From the IMG/VR virus record IMGVR_UViG_3300023179_000057, positions 27,655 to 91,654 of that record: a stretch of 64,000 nt of DNA; one strand, written 5' to 3'. The DNA is from a virus. The notes under the pieces were generated by a model that made no database searches, was not told where the DNA came from, and saw nothing but the letters and a program-made list of their open reading frames with translations. The position numbers were made by a program, and so were the translations under genes. Positions 1-11,300 of this stretch are shown here, piece after piece; positions within the stretch are counted from its first letter, which is position 1, and the number at the start of each line of letters is the position of its first letter.

Positions 1-1
1 A

Positions 2-292
2 CAAGCAAATCGTCAAGAATTCCTTGATGGTGGAGCACAGACACTAGGTAACTCACGTACAACTCGTGTACTTGGTGTAGATGTTCTTGAGGTTCCTTAC
101 TATCCTGCAGGTTATGTTGATTTAACATTCCCTCAGAACCGTGTATGGGGCTTCCAGAGAGACATCACTGTAAACCGTGAATACAAGCCAAAGAAAGACA
201 CAATTGAATACACAGTATTCGTACGCTTTGGTATTCAATGGGAAGAACTAGATGCAGTCGCATATGTTGACTCAGATAGCGCTGATTCCTAA
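2..292 (+). CDS. Major capsid protein, C-terminal part (HK97 fold; runs off window start)
   Basis: Open frame from position 2: ...RVLGVDVLEVPYYP...WGFQRDITVNREYKPKKDTIEYTVFVRFGIQWEELDAVAY...; typical HK97 P-domain end, directly upstream of head-completion genes. Confidence 0.8.
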   Translation, partial: QANRQEFLDGGAQTLGNSRTTRVLGVDVLEVPYYPAGYVDLTFPQNRVWGFQRDITVNREYKPKKDTIEYTVFVRFGIQWEELDAVAYVDSDSADS

Positions 293-311
293 AATATAAC
301 AATCACGTACT

Positions 312-350
312 AGGGAGGGCGGTATAAAAACCGTCCTCCTTATTGTTATT
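312..350 (+). terminator. Intrinsic terminator after capsid gene
   Basis: Stem GGAGGGCGGT(314-323)/ACCGTCCTCC(330-339) followed by T-rich tail. Confidence 0.55.
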
Positions 351-385
351 CTGATGGTATAATTACAATGGAGTACAGGAGAATT

Positions 386-742
386 ATGAATACAACAATG
401 GAAGAATTATCAACTAAAAGTGTATTAGCATTAAAATCATATGCTAAAAAAAATAATATAGAGTTATTTGACGCAAGTACTAAACTTGAAATTTTGGAAA
501 TTATTGCTAGTTGGTTTCCACCAGAAAATAAAGAAGAGCGTGTAGAAGAAGCAGACAAGGCTGAAAACCTAATAAATAAGGTAGCCTTATACTCAGACAA
601 AAACCTTCACATGGATAACCTAGGCGCATTAAAAGTGGGGTATAACATAGTGTCAAAGGAGGCATCGGAAAAGTGGCTAACTCACAGGCTGGTACGAATA
701 GCATCACCTGAAGAATTAGCATCTTATTACCGTAAAGATTAA
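386..742 (+). CDS. Hypothetical protein with N-terminal Rho_N/HeH-like helical motif
   Basis: LSTKSVLALKSYAKKNNIEL...KLEIL; AGGAG precedes ATG 386 (ORF track start 368). Confidence 0.55.
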   Translation: MNTTMEELSTKSVLALKSYAKKNNIELFDASTKLEILEIIASWFPPENKEERVEEADKAENLINKVALYSDKNLHMDNLGALKVGYNIVSKEASEKWLTHRLVRIASPEELASYYRKD

Positions 743-1743
743 TGTCAACAATACTCCGTTTACCACCATACCCGCTTTCTGTAACTTACAAAGTGCCAGA
801 TGAGACAGCAGACTATATTCTTGTTGTTGAAGATGTACCAGAACAAACAGAAATTGAAGAATTTATTAGCGGAGAATCTGGCTTAACATCATCATCAGAA
901 GGAACAATAACATTTGAACTAAGCGGAGACTTTATTAAATATGATAAGTCCTATGCAGTAACTATATACGAAGATATTAATGGAGAGCGTGGCGACATTG
1001 TAGTTGAAGATAACCTACAAATTGAACGACCATATGTAGATCCAACAGCGCTAGCAATTGCAAATGGTGAAACATCTGCAACAGATATTGCTAAATATAA
1101 AGAGTATGAGTCTTTGGCAAGAGCAATTATTGATACAATAGTTGATGGTTTTTATTACAAGCGCAAATATCTTGAAGTAGTTGGACAAGAAACGGATTAT
1201 ATTCCGCTTTGGGATAGAACACATAAAATATTAAAAGCATATGAAAATGCAGAACTAGTCTATGACATTGATGATGCAGATGGTCCAGCATTGGGAGACT
1301 ATAATTATTTAATTACTAAAGATAAGACTGCAATTACAAAAGACCCAGTACAGACAACAGACTCTCTTAATAGAGCAGAGAGACGTCCTTCAAGAATTCC
1401 TGTAGCGTCATCAGATTCATTTGCAATATTTGATACAGAAGATAGCGGAAATGTTCAAACTATCACTGCTGGTGTTGGATTTCCACAAGGCACAGATTAT
1501 ATTTTCTTAGTAGAAACAGGGTATAAAGTAGTTCCTATTGACATTCAAGATGCAACAAAGTTATTAATTAATGATATTAAATGTGGCAAACTAGACTATT
1601 ATAAGAGATATGTCAAAAACTACAGCACTGATCAATTTAAAATTGAGTACGACAAGAGAATGATTGAGGGTACTGGAAATATTATTGTAGACAAGATTTT
1701 GTCTAAATATGTTGATAATATTGTTCGTCCTGGAGTTTTATAA
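742..1743 (+). CDS. Head-to-tail adaptor (neck) protein
   Basis: Position after capsid; ARAIIDTIVDGFY and GYKVVPIDIQDATKLL motifs resemble connector proteins. Confidence 0.6.
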   Translation: MSTILRLPPYPLSVTYKVPDETADYILVVEDVPEQTEIEEFISGESGLTSSSEGTITFELSGDFIKYDKSYAVTIYEDINGERGDIVVEDNLQIERPYVDPTALAIANGETSATDIAKYKEYESLARAIIDTIVDGFYYKRKYLEVVGQETDYIPLWDRTHKILKAYENAELVYDIDDADGPALGDYNYLITKDKTAITKDPVQTTDSLNRAERRPSRIPVASSDSFAIFDTEDSGNVQTITAGVGFPQGTDYIFLVETGYKVVPIDIQDATKLLINDIKCGKLDYYKRYVKNYSTDQFKIEYDKRMIEGTGNIIVDKILSKYVDNIVRPGVL

Positions 1744-2192
1744 TGAACTCATGTGAAGTTACAGACTTTATGTATCCAATGAAGGCTGATGTATACTTTC
1801 CAATTCTTACACAAGGTGATTATGGTCAACCTAAAAAAGACTGGGTTTACGATAGAACAATAATCTGCAATGCAACACCAGTAGGTGGATTAGGAACAGA
1901 AGATATTAAGCCTGAAGCATTTTTACAATACGAAAATAAACTTATTGCAAGAACTCAAAATGATCCTAGACTATCTTCAAATAATGCAAATAATGCAACA
2001 ACAAATATACTTGTTACAAACGTAAGAGATGCAAGCGATAATATAATTTATAAAGAAACTGCTGGGCCAAGATCTGGCAGGGGAACAATTTATGAAATAG
2101 CAACAGTTGAGCCATTTACTGGCCCATTTGGATCTACGGAATATTATAAAATGTTGTGGCGTAGAACTGAAAATCAGACTGTAGGTGACTAA
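1743..2192 (+). CDS. Head closure (stopper) protein, putative
   Basis: Synteny, size, beta-rich with YGQ..W near N-terminus. Confidence 0.5.
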   Translation: MNSCEVTDFMYPMKADVYFPILTQGDYGQPKKDWVYDRTIICNATPVGGLGTEDIKPEAFLQYENKLIARTQNDPRLSSNNANNATTNILVTNVRDASDNIIYKETAGPRSGRGTIYEIATVEPFTGPFGSTEYYKMLWRRTENQTVGD

Positions 2193-2869
2193 TGATTGTC
2201 AATACAAATACCCTTTCTTTTACTAAACAAATGAATAATATTGTAAATTATTCTCTTGGATTTTTAGAAGGTGTAAATCGTGGTAAAAAAATATTTCTTG
2301 ATAAATTAGGTCTAGGCGTTATTCAATCTTTATCACAATATATAGATGTACAAGCAAGAGCAAATCCAAGCGCCTTACACCATGTTTATGAATGGAACCA
2401 AACTGGAAGTCCAAGTGCAAGATTGTTTGATTTAAGATACACAGTTAGTAATCTTGGATTATCTGTTGGATCTACCTTTAGACAATCAAGAAGTGTATCT
2501 GAAAATATGACAGCACCATTTTATGACAAAGCAAGAATTATGGAAAATGGTATTCCAGTTACAATTGCACCAACTAAATCAAAAGTATTAAAATTTAACG
2601 GTCCTAATGGAGAAGTATTTACAAGTAAACCAATTAAAGTAGAAAATCCAGGAGGAGATGCTGTATATAAAGGCTTTGAGTCTACCTTTGATGAATTTAT
2701 GACAAGATATTTTAAACAATCATTTTTAAGAGCATCTGGCTTGTATGACTATATTAAAAAACCAACACTATACAAAAAGAATCTTAAGGCTGGATCAAAA
2801 ATGGGAAGAAACAAAGGTATTGATACAGGATTTAAGTGGATTACTAATGCAACAATTGGGGTAGAATAG
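2192..2869 (+). CDS. Neck/tail completion protein, putative
   Basis: Synteny; ARIMENG...V.NPG motif typical of neck proteins. Confidence 0.45.
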   Translation: MIVNTNTLSFTKQMNNIVNYSLGFLEGVNRGKKIFLDKLGLGVIQSLSQYIDVQARANPSALHHVYEWNQTGSPSARLFDLRYTVSNLGLSVGSTFRQSRSVSENMTAPFYDKARIMENGIPVTIAPTKSKVLKFNGPNGEVFTSKPIKVENPGGDAVYKGFESTFDEFMTRYFKQSFLRASGLYDYIKKPTLYKKNLKAGSKMGRNKGIDTGFKWITNATIGVE

Positions 2870-2873
2870 AGTC

Positions 2874-3467
2874 ATGAGTTTATTAACAGATACTGGTTTT
2901 CCACCAACATTTTTAAATAGGTACGTTTTATCTGAATTAGCATTTTATGGGCTTGTTGCAGAATCAGACCTCGTTAATCCAACTCCTATGGTTCCAGCAC
3001 AATTTCCAACCAATATTGAAGACTTATATAATGACAGTATTCAAATAAGACAAACCGAAAGTCCAGTTCTTATTGTTTACGATAGACTTATGAGATTTAG
3101 GCCTACTCCATTTTATGCTCATAAAAGAGAGCAACTTATATACTTTATATATTCTACAGATGTAGGTAAATTGATAGACTCTGTACGTGTTATTTCAAAT
3201 GCCCTTGATCGTGAAGATGCTTCAGCCCAAGAAGTAAATTCTTATAATATTTCAAATCCAATATTAAATTCTGCTGGAGAGGTATCTATTCCATATAATA
3301 TTTATTTTCATAATACCAGGGTATACCAAGCAGATGAAAGCAGAGACGTAGCAGAACTAGCCTCAGCCAGAACCCTTTTTGTAAATAAATTAATTGTTGA
3401 GTATGATTATCACATAAGCAGCCCAATGACAATTAATGGGGTTTCCGTAAAGTCTAGATATACATAA
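2874..3467 (+). CDS. Tail terminator protein, putative
   Basis: Immediately upstream of major tail protein; synteny only. Confidence 0.45.
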   Translation: MSLLTDTGFPPTFLNRYVLSELAFYGLVAESDLVNPTPMVPAQFPTNIEDLYNDSIQIRQTESPVLIVYDRLMRFRPTPFYAHKREQLIYFIYSTDVGKLIDSVRVISNALDREDASAQEVNSYNISNPILNSAGEVSIPYNIYFHNTRVYQADESRDVAELASARTLFVNKLIVEYDYHISSPMTINGVSVKSRYT

Positions 3468-3538
3468 AAGGCGGTATAATTAAGTTTGAGGAAACACGCC
3501 AAACAACTTAATATACTTTATGAAAGAGGTGAAAGAAT

Positions 3539-4171
3539 ATGCCATATAGCCGTGGTACGTCAAACAACATTATCGTTGGTGCAGCAGCATTATTTATTGC
3601 TGATACAACTTTAACTCCAGGAACACTGGAGGCTTTTGATGCAAGCGAGTCTTTTAAAGACACACTTACAGACGAAGCAGATTACACTAACATAGGTTAT
3701 ACCATGAATGGTTTGGAATTACAATTCCAACCAGACTTCGGTGAAGTTCAGGTAGACCAAATCCTTGACGTTGCAAAACTATATAAGCAAGGTATGCAGG
3801 TTAATCTTGCAACCGCTTTTGCTGAAGCAACCCTAGAAAACTTGCTTCTTGCATTAGCATTTTCTGACGCACAACTTACAGGAAATAAAAACGCATCTAC
3901 AGGTCAAGCATTAAACTTGTCTGCAGGTGAACTTGGAGAATGTCCAGTAGAACGAGGAATCGTTGCAATTGGACCAGGAACTGGCGATTGCGATGCCTCT
4001 GATTCCGTTGAGCGTGTTTACACAGCATACCGTGCTCTATCAATTGAGAACGTAACTGTATCCGCAAAGCGTGACGAAGCGTCAATGTTTGAAGTTTCAT
4101 TCCGTTTACTTCCAGAAGATGCTTCAGGATCCTATGGTAAGATCGTAGATCGTACTTGGGGACAATCATAA
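3539..4171 (+). CDS. Major tail (tube) protein
   Basis: NIIVGAA..., IGYTMNGLEL, VDQ, EATLENL motifs of actinophage tail tube proteins; GAGGTG RBS; followed by terminator. Confidence 0.85.
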   Translation: MPYSRGTSNNIIVGAAALFIADTTLTPGTLEAFDASESFKDTLTDEADYTNIGYTMNGLELQFQPDFGEVQVDQILDVAKLYKQGMQVNLATAFAEATLENLLLALAFSDAQLTGNKNASTGQALNLSAGELGECPVERGIVAIGPGTGDCDASDSVERVYTAYRALSIENVTVSAKRDEASMFEVSFRLLPEDASGSYGKIVDRTWGQS

Positions 4172-4190
4172 TCTAGTTTTAGATTAAACA

Positions 4191-4225
4191 AAGACCCACC
4201 TTTAATTAGGTGGGTTTTTTGTTTT
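4191..4225 (+). terminator. Intrinsic terminator after major tail protein
   Basis: ACCCACCT-ttaatt-AGGTGGGT then TTTTTGTTTT. Confidence 0.85.
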
Positions 4226-4248
4226 GCCTATGATAGAATAGATAAATT

Positions 4249-4944
4249 ATGGCAACAACCGTTTATCAAAATAAAATAATAAAACTTATTGATGGTACAG
4301 AGTTAGAAATTATGCCATTAAAAATAAAATATTTGCGTGAATTTATGGAAGAATTTGAAAATGTTAAAAAGGCCAAAAATGATGATGAAGCAATAGAGTA
4401 TTTAGTAACTTGTGTAAAAGTTGCTATGAAACAATATTATCCAGAAATATCAGTAGAAAAGTCTGATGTAGAAGATGCTTTTGATATGCCAACCATATAT
4501 AAAATATTAGACGTTGCAGCAGGTATAAAAATAAATGATAAGTCAGAAGAAACTGTAAAAAATCAAGCCGAAGATAGTGGTTCCACATGGTCTGATTTAG
4601 ACTTAGCAAAAATAGAAGCAGAAGTATTTTTGCTGGGAATATGGAAAGATTACAAAGAATTAGAAGAGTCTTTATCTATGCCAGAATTAATGGCTACTCT
4701 TTCTAGCCGTAGAGAACTTGATTACGAAGAAAAAAAGTTTCTTGCTGCAATTCAGGGGGTAGATTTAGATAAACAATCTGGATCTTCACGAGGGCAGAAA
4801 GAATGGGAAGACATGAAGGCTAGAGTATTTAGTAAAGGAAAAACTAGTGATAGTAAAGACATCTTAGCACTTCAAGGACAAAATGCCAAGAAAGCAGGGT
4901 TTGGCATTGGCATGGGCCTAGAGTACGAAGATTTAACAAAATAA
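4249..4944 (+). CDS. Tail assembly chaperone, long (GT-like) form
   Basis: Between tube and tape measure genes; N-terminal ~100 aa paralogous to 5003..5332. Confidence 0.7.
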   Translation: MATTVYQNKIIKLIDGTELEIMPLKIKYLREFMEEFENVKKAKNDDEAIEYLVTCVKVAMKQYYPEISVEKSDVEDAFDMPTIYKILDVAAGIKINDKSEETVKNQAEDSGSTWSDLDLAKIEAEVFLLGIWKDYKELEESLSMPELMATLSSRRELDYEEKKFLAAIQGVDLDKQSGSSRGQKEWEDMKARVFSKGKTSDSKDILALQGQNAKKAGFGIGMGLEYEDLTK

Positions 4945-5002
4945 AATAATAAAAAATTAAGCATCACCGTGCTATAATTGACATAACCTATAGGAGGAAA
5001 TA

Positions 5003-5332
5003 ATGACAACAACTACGTATGAGGAAAGTACCCTCACACTAATTGATGGCACAAAAATTACAGTACGTCCTCTAAAAATCTCTCTACTTCGTCCATTTAT
5101 GAAGAAGTTTGAGGGAGTGGGAGCAGTGGCGGAAGACAATGCAAAGTCTATGGATATTCTTATGGAATGTGTGCAGATTGCAATGAAACAATATAAGCCA
5201 GAACTCTCTGAAGACGTAAAAAAACTAGAGGAGAATATTGATCTCCCAACTGTTTACAAGATCGTAGAAGCAGCATCAGGTATCAAACTTGCCGAAGTTT
5301 CAGACGTTCTTGGCGTAACTATGGCCGAATAA
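5003..5332 (+). CDS. Tail assembly chaperone, short (G-like) form
   Basis: Directly upstream of tape measure; strong AGGAGG RBS; paralogue of previous gene. Confidence 0.7.
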   Translation: MTTTTYEESTLTLIDGTKITVRPLKISLLRPFMKKFEGVGAVAEDNAKSMDILMECVQIAMKQYKPELSEDVKKLEENIDLPTVYKIVEAASGIKLAEVSDVLGVTMAE

Positions 5333-5354
5333 TTTAAAAGAGGTGTGAAACTAA

Positions 5355-8300
5355 ATGGCTGATGTTAATGCTAATATTGACATTAATATTGATTCGTCTA
5401 ATGCATTAGCACAACTAAAAGCGTTACAACGTCAGATATCTCAGTTTCACACCTCAATAGCCAGATCAAGTGAAGCAGCAGCCCTTGCTCAAAAGGGATT
5501 ACAAAAAAATCTTTTAAATAGCATTAACGCCATCGGTGCATTTACTGCCGAGATGCGTACAGTTAGAACATCTGCAGAATCATTTACTGACTCATTAGAA
5601 AAAAATAAATTTTCAATGCGTGAGTACTTCCGCTATGCGGGAGCATCTACAAAAACTTTTGGAAGACTATTTAAATCTGAATTTGACACAATTGGCAAGG
5701 TAGCCGAAGAACGTGTAAAGAGATTACAAACTCAATATATTAAGATGGGCCGTGATACAAACGGTGCAATGAGAGCAATTGCTGTTATGCCAACACAATT
5801 GAACATGAATGATTATACAACTCAAGTTCAGATGGCAGCACAGAAACAAGCATTGTTCAATCAATTAATGAAACAAGGCTCTACCAATCTTTTAAATTTT
5901 GGTAAGAATACACAATGGGCTGGTCGTCAGTTAATGGTTGGTTTTACCTTGCCATTAATGGCAGTAGGTACAGCAGCCACTAAAACCTTTATGGACATGG
6001 AAGCACAGGCTCTTAGGTTTAGAAAAGTTTATGGAGATTTATTTACACCACAAGAAGAAACAAAACAAGTATTAGATAATATTACAGAATTAGGAAAGCA
6101 GTTTACTAAATATGGTGTAGCAGTTTCTACTACTGTCGGTTTGGCAGCAGAGGCTGCAGCAGCAGGCTTCCAAGGATTAGATTTACAACGTCAAACCACA
6201 GAAGCAACACGTCTTTCTATCCTTGGTCAAATTGATAGTCAAAAGGCACTTGAAACAACAATTTCTTTACAAAATGCTTTTGGCATGTCATCTGAAAAAT
6301 TAGCAGATGCGATTAACTTCTTAAACGCAGTAGAAAACCAAACCGTTGTATCTCTTGACGACATCACTACGGCTATTCCAAAAGTAGCCCCAGTTATTCA
6401 ACAATTAGGTGGCGATGTAAGAGATTTAACATTCTTTATGGCAGCCATGAAGGAAGGTGGTATTAATGCATCAGAAGGTGCTAACGCTTTAAAGTCTGGT
6501 CTTGCAGCATTGATCAATCCAACTAAAAAAGCATCTGAAATGCTTGCAGGATTTGGAATTAATGCAACCGCAATTGTTGAAAAAAATAAAGGAAATCTTA
6601 AGGCAACAGTAGTTGAATTTGCAAATGCACTTAATGCTTTAGATCCTCTATCAAGAGCAAGAGCAATTGAGCAGATGTTTGGAAAGTTCCAGTTTGCTCG
6701 TCTATCAACATTATTTGCTAACGTTGCAAAGGATGGCAATCAGGCTGCTCGTGTTCTTGATCTAGCAAATTCTTCAGTAGAAGAACTTTCTGCATTATCT
6801 GAACAAGAATTAGGAATGACTGCAGACTCTGCAATGAACAAGTTTAAGAAAACAGTTGAAGATCTTAAGGTTGCACTTGTTCCAGTTGGTCAAGCATTTT
6901 TAGAGGCTGTTACTCCAATTATTGATTTTGTTGGAAATGTTCTTGAAAGGTTTGCTAACCTATCTTCTGGAACAAAAAGATTAATTACCTTACTAACGGT
7001 TGGCATTGGTGCCGTTGGTCCAGTATTACTTATGACATTTGGTTTGCTTGCAAACGGTATAGCCAATATTATTAAACTATTTTTAACCCTTCGTGGAGGA
7101 TATCAAAGACTAACTGGACAAACACAAATATTGGGAGAGCAAACTCAATATATGACAAGCGAACAACTAGATGCAGCATCAGCAGCACATTCGCTTGATC
7201 AAACACACGCCAAACTAACACAAACATTTACAGCAGAAGCAACTGCTATTAATCAACTAATTCAAGCATACACATCAGCAGCAGGAGCAGCAAGAAATTT
7301 CGCAATGAATAATCCTGGAATGATGTTGCCAGGAAGAGGTGCTAAAAGACTAGCAAGCGGTATTGTTTCAGTTCCTGGACCAAAAGGAGCAGGGGATGTA
7401 GTTCCAGCAATGCTATCTCCAGGAGAAGCAGTTATTCCTACAGATATGGCAAAGAAGTATGCACCATTAATTAATGGAATGATTGCAGATAAAATTCCTG
7501 GATTCCAAGTTGGTAAAGGATTTAAGAATGCCACAATGTTCTTACCAGAAGGAATCAATACAGCAATGGGAGATCCTAGAGGTAGAGGTGTTTCAGCATC
7601 TGCAGTATCACAATATTTAGGTAGTGCTGGTGGTGGAGTTATGGGGCCATTGCTTGCAGTTATTGGAAGAGAAATTAAAGTTGGAATTAATAATCCTAAG
7701 TTTAAATCAGAATTTATTGAAGTAGCAAATCTTTTTACAAAAACAGCAACAGATGCTTTAAATCAATCTGGAAGAGAATTTATTAAAGATGCAGATCTAG
7801 AAGAAATAGTTGTTCCAGCACTTCGTGATGCAGCAAAAGGAATTAAAATTGCTGGAAAAGATATTGATGTTGCACTTGAAAATGCAATTAATCAAATTAG
7901 AACAGTAGGACCAGTTGGCGTTGGATCAGGATCTATGGGCGGAATTGGAAGAACTGCGCTTCCAGGATCTTACAGGGGAGCAAGAAAAGCAGCACAACAA
8001 TTTGCATTGTCACAAAATCCAGAAATGTTTCGTCAAACAGAACGTTTTTCACAAAGCAAAGGAAAAACATTAAAATCTTTTCAAACTTTAGACCCTATGC
8101 TAAATCAGTGGCAAGTTGCAACAATGTCACATATTACGACATCTATTACTGCAAGTGCAGAAGAATTAACAAGACAAATGACGCCATACCTTGGAGATGT
8201 TGGTGCAAAAGTAACAGAAGCAATTACAAAAAATGTTACAAGTGGAGCAATTAAACAAGCAAAAGTTGCATCTCCTTCAAGAGAAACAGAAATGGTTGGA

Positions 8301-11300
8301 GCAAGCATAGGTCAAGGATTTATAGTTGGCGGAAAACAATATATTGATGATGCAAAGGTAGTAGGTCAACAACTTGGCGCAGGCATGGTTCAAACAGCAT
8401 CTGGATTATTTGTTCCAGGTGGAGCAGTAGGACAGCCACCAAGAACAACTGGTGCGGGAGTTCCTTTATCAGTAATAACAGAAAATGCAAGACGTAATAG
8501 AGAACAACTTCTTGCAACACAACAACAAAGACGAACAGCAGCAATGAATGCAAGGATGAACTCACTCAATAAGGCATTTATGAGTGGCACTTTTGCTTTA
8601 TCTGCACTATCTGGTGTTGCTTCAATGGCTGGTGGAAATTTAGGAAAATTTTCTGAAATATTATTTCAAATAAGTGGACCATTGTTTGCTTTGTCATCAG
8701 TAATACAACTATTGACTGGAGAAAAAATAGTTGGTTTAATATCTAGATTTAAGGTTGCATTTGGATTAACATCTGTAGCGCTTCTTGCAGGAGTTGGAAT
8801 AATTAAACTTATTAACAGTGCAAGAGAAAAAGAATTAGAATATATTTATGGTCTTTCAAATGCAATGAAGACCACAACAGATCAGGTAAAAACTCTTGGA
8901 GACTTCTTTGGAGTAGTTCCAACGAAACTTCCTTTTGAGGGAAGAAATAGAGAAATTGTTAGAAAAGATGTAAGAACTGCAAGAGATAGACTAAGGGCAG
9001 ATGAATCATTTCAAAAACAATTTGCTTTACAAATTAATACACTTTCTAAGGCAACTGCTCAACAAGCACAACTAGCATTTACATCTTTAGCACTTAATTT
9101 AAGAGCACAAGGTTTTGCTGAAGAACAGGTACAGACAATTATTGATGCTCTTCGTGAAGAGGCTGGAAAAACTGATGTAAAACTAGATGTTAAATCTATT
9201 AATTTTTCTCCAGAATCAATAAAAAATATTCAGGCTCAAATAAAACCACTTACAGATAATCTTGCAGAGCAAGTTGAAAAAGGTTTAACAAAAACAGTAG
9301 TTGTGAGTGCTGGTAAGGCTGGTGCTAGAACATATACAACACAAACAAAAGAAGCAACAAAGGCTTTGTCAGAATTTAGTACATTTTCTTCAGAAGTTGC
9401 AAAATCTGCTGCTGGAATGTTTAGATTGGGAATTATTGATGGAAAACAATTTGAAGAAGGCATTTATGGAATATTAGGTGCAGTAGAAGGGCTTGATGAA
9501 ATATCAAGAAGGACTGCGCTTTTAGAACTATTTAAAAAACTTGATATGGATGCAAAGCCATTTTTATCTACATTATATACTGTAAAACAAGAAATGATGT
9601 TAGTTGCTTTATTAAGTGCTGGAGTTCTTGGAAAAGATAGTCCAATTATTAAAGCATTGTCTTCATCAGATTTAAAAACAAGAACTAGAGGAATTAATGG
9701 ATTAACAAAGGCATTTGAAAATCTTTTTGGTGCTATTACAGATGTTAATAATGCGGATAAAGACACGGATGGTGGTCCAGGTGGTGCAGGTAAGTTAAAT
9801 GCACTACAAGAAAGAATTAAAGCAATCCAACAACAAACACAGGCTTTCATAATATTACGTAATGCAAAAATTGATGAAAAAACTGCTACAGAACTTTCTA
9901 ATGATGCAGAAATAGCATCTTTGGTTATTGCTAATAGCAAGGGTAAATCATTAAAACAAATTATTGCTTTAGTAAAAGAATATAAAAAAGCATTAGCAGA
10001 TCAAACTAAGGCAGAGTTCCAATATATGTCTGGACCAAATCTATTTAAAGCACAGTTAGAAAGAGCACAGGCTCAGGCAAATCTTCGTGAAAAATTAATT
10101 GATATGCAATTTGCACCACAAATTAAAAAAGAAAACGATGCATTGGCTGTTCAAGAAAAAAGACTAGCAGACGTAAATAAGCAAATTGAAAATGTTACAA
10201 GATCACAGATTGAGCCTATACAAGCAGTTATTGATAGCAATAATTTAGCCCTTGAAAAAATTGCATTACAAGAAGATGCAATTAATGAAAAATACAATAA
10301 ACAAATAGAGGCACTTGATAAAATTGCAACAATTAATCAAGATATTGCAAACATTCAAAAACAAAGACTTTCAATTGCAGATGCCCTTACTCGTGGTGAT
10401 ATTTCTACTGCTGCACAGTTAGCACAAGAAGCAAGAGTAGAACAAGCACAGTCCTCAGTAACTGGACAAAAAGAAGCATTAACTGTTACTCGTGACGCAC
10501 AAATTGCTGCACTTGGAAGAAATGCTCTTGAAAAACAAAATAAAGAACTTCAACTTCAAATCAATATTATTGAGGCAACTCAACTAAAAACTTTAGAGTC
10601 ACAAAAACAAACAATTGAAAGCACTATTGAGTCAATCAATTTAAATATTACGGCATTAAATGAACAAGTCAGGGTTACAAAAGAAGGCTATGTATATGCC
10701 AAGGGAACAAAAGAAGAAATGGATAACCTTGACACACTAATACAATTGGCAACTGCTGCAGGTATTCCATTTACAGCGCAATTATTAGAACAGTCAAAAA
10801 ATGCACAATCTCTGGCAGCAGCATTGGGTGCAGCACTTGCAGCACAAAAGGCACTTGGCTCAGGAGCAACAACTCTTCCAGAAATTATGGCAGGCGCTAA
10901 GGCTGGAACAATTACATCACAAACAATTACGCCAGAACAAAAGGCTGTAGTTTTACAGGGCATAAAACAAACAATTGCAAAAGTAAATACAACAGTAGCA
11001 AAACTAAAAAAGACTATAGGTAAAAACTATGGTGGAATAGTTCCTAAATATATGACAAACGGTGGAAGGGCTATGGGATCTGATACCGTGCCAGCAATGC
11101 TTACACCTGGAGAGTTTGTAGTAAATAAAGCAGCAACAAAAGCATACAGGCCACTACTTGAAAGAATTAATGAATCTAAGTATCCTGGAATGCTTGGTCG
11201 TGGTGGTATGACTCAAATTCCAGTAAGTAACATTTCAACATCTGTAAGCGATAACTCAACGGCAGTGTATAATTATAATTTAGGATTCAGCATTAATGGT

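Noticed and set aside
4249-5355. Programmed -1 frameshift in the tail chaperone locus
   Set aside because: Both forms are encoded as complete separate ORFs; no overlapping second frame needs joining
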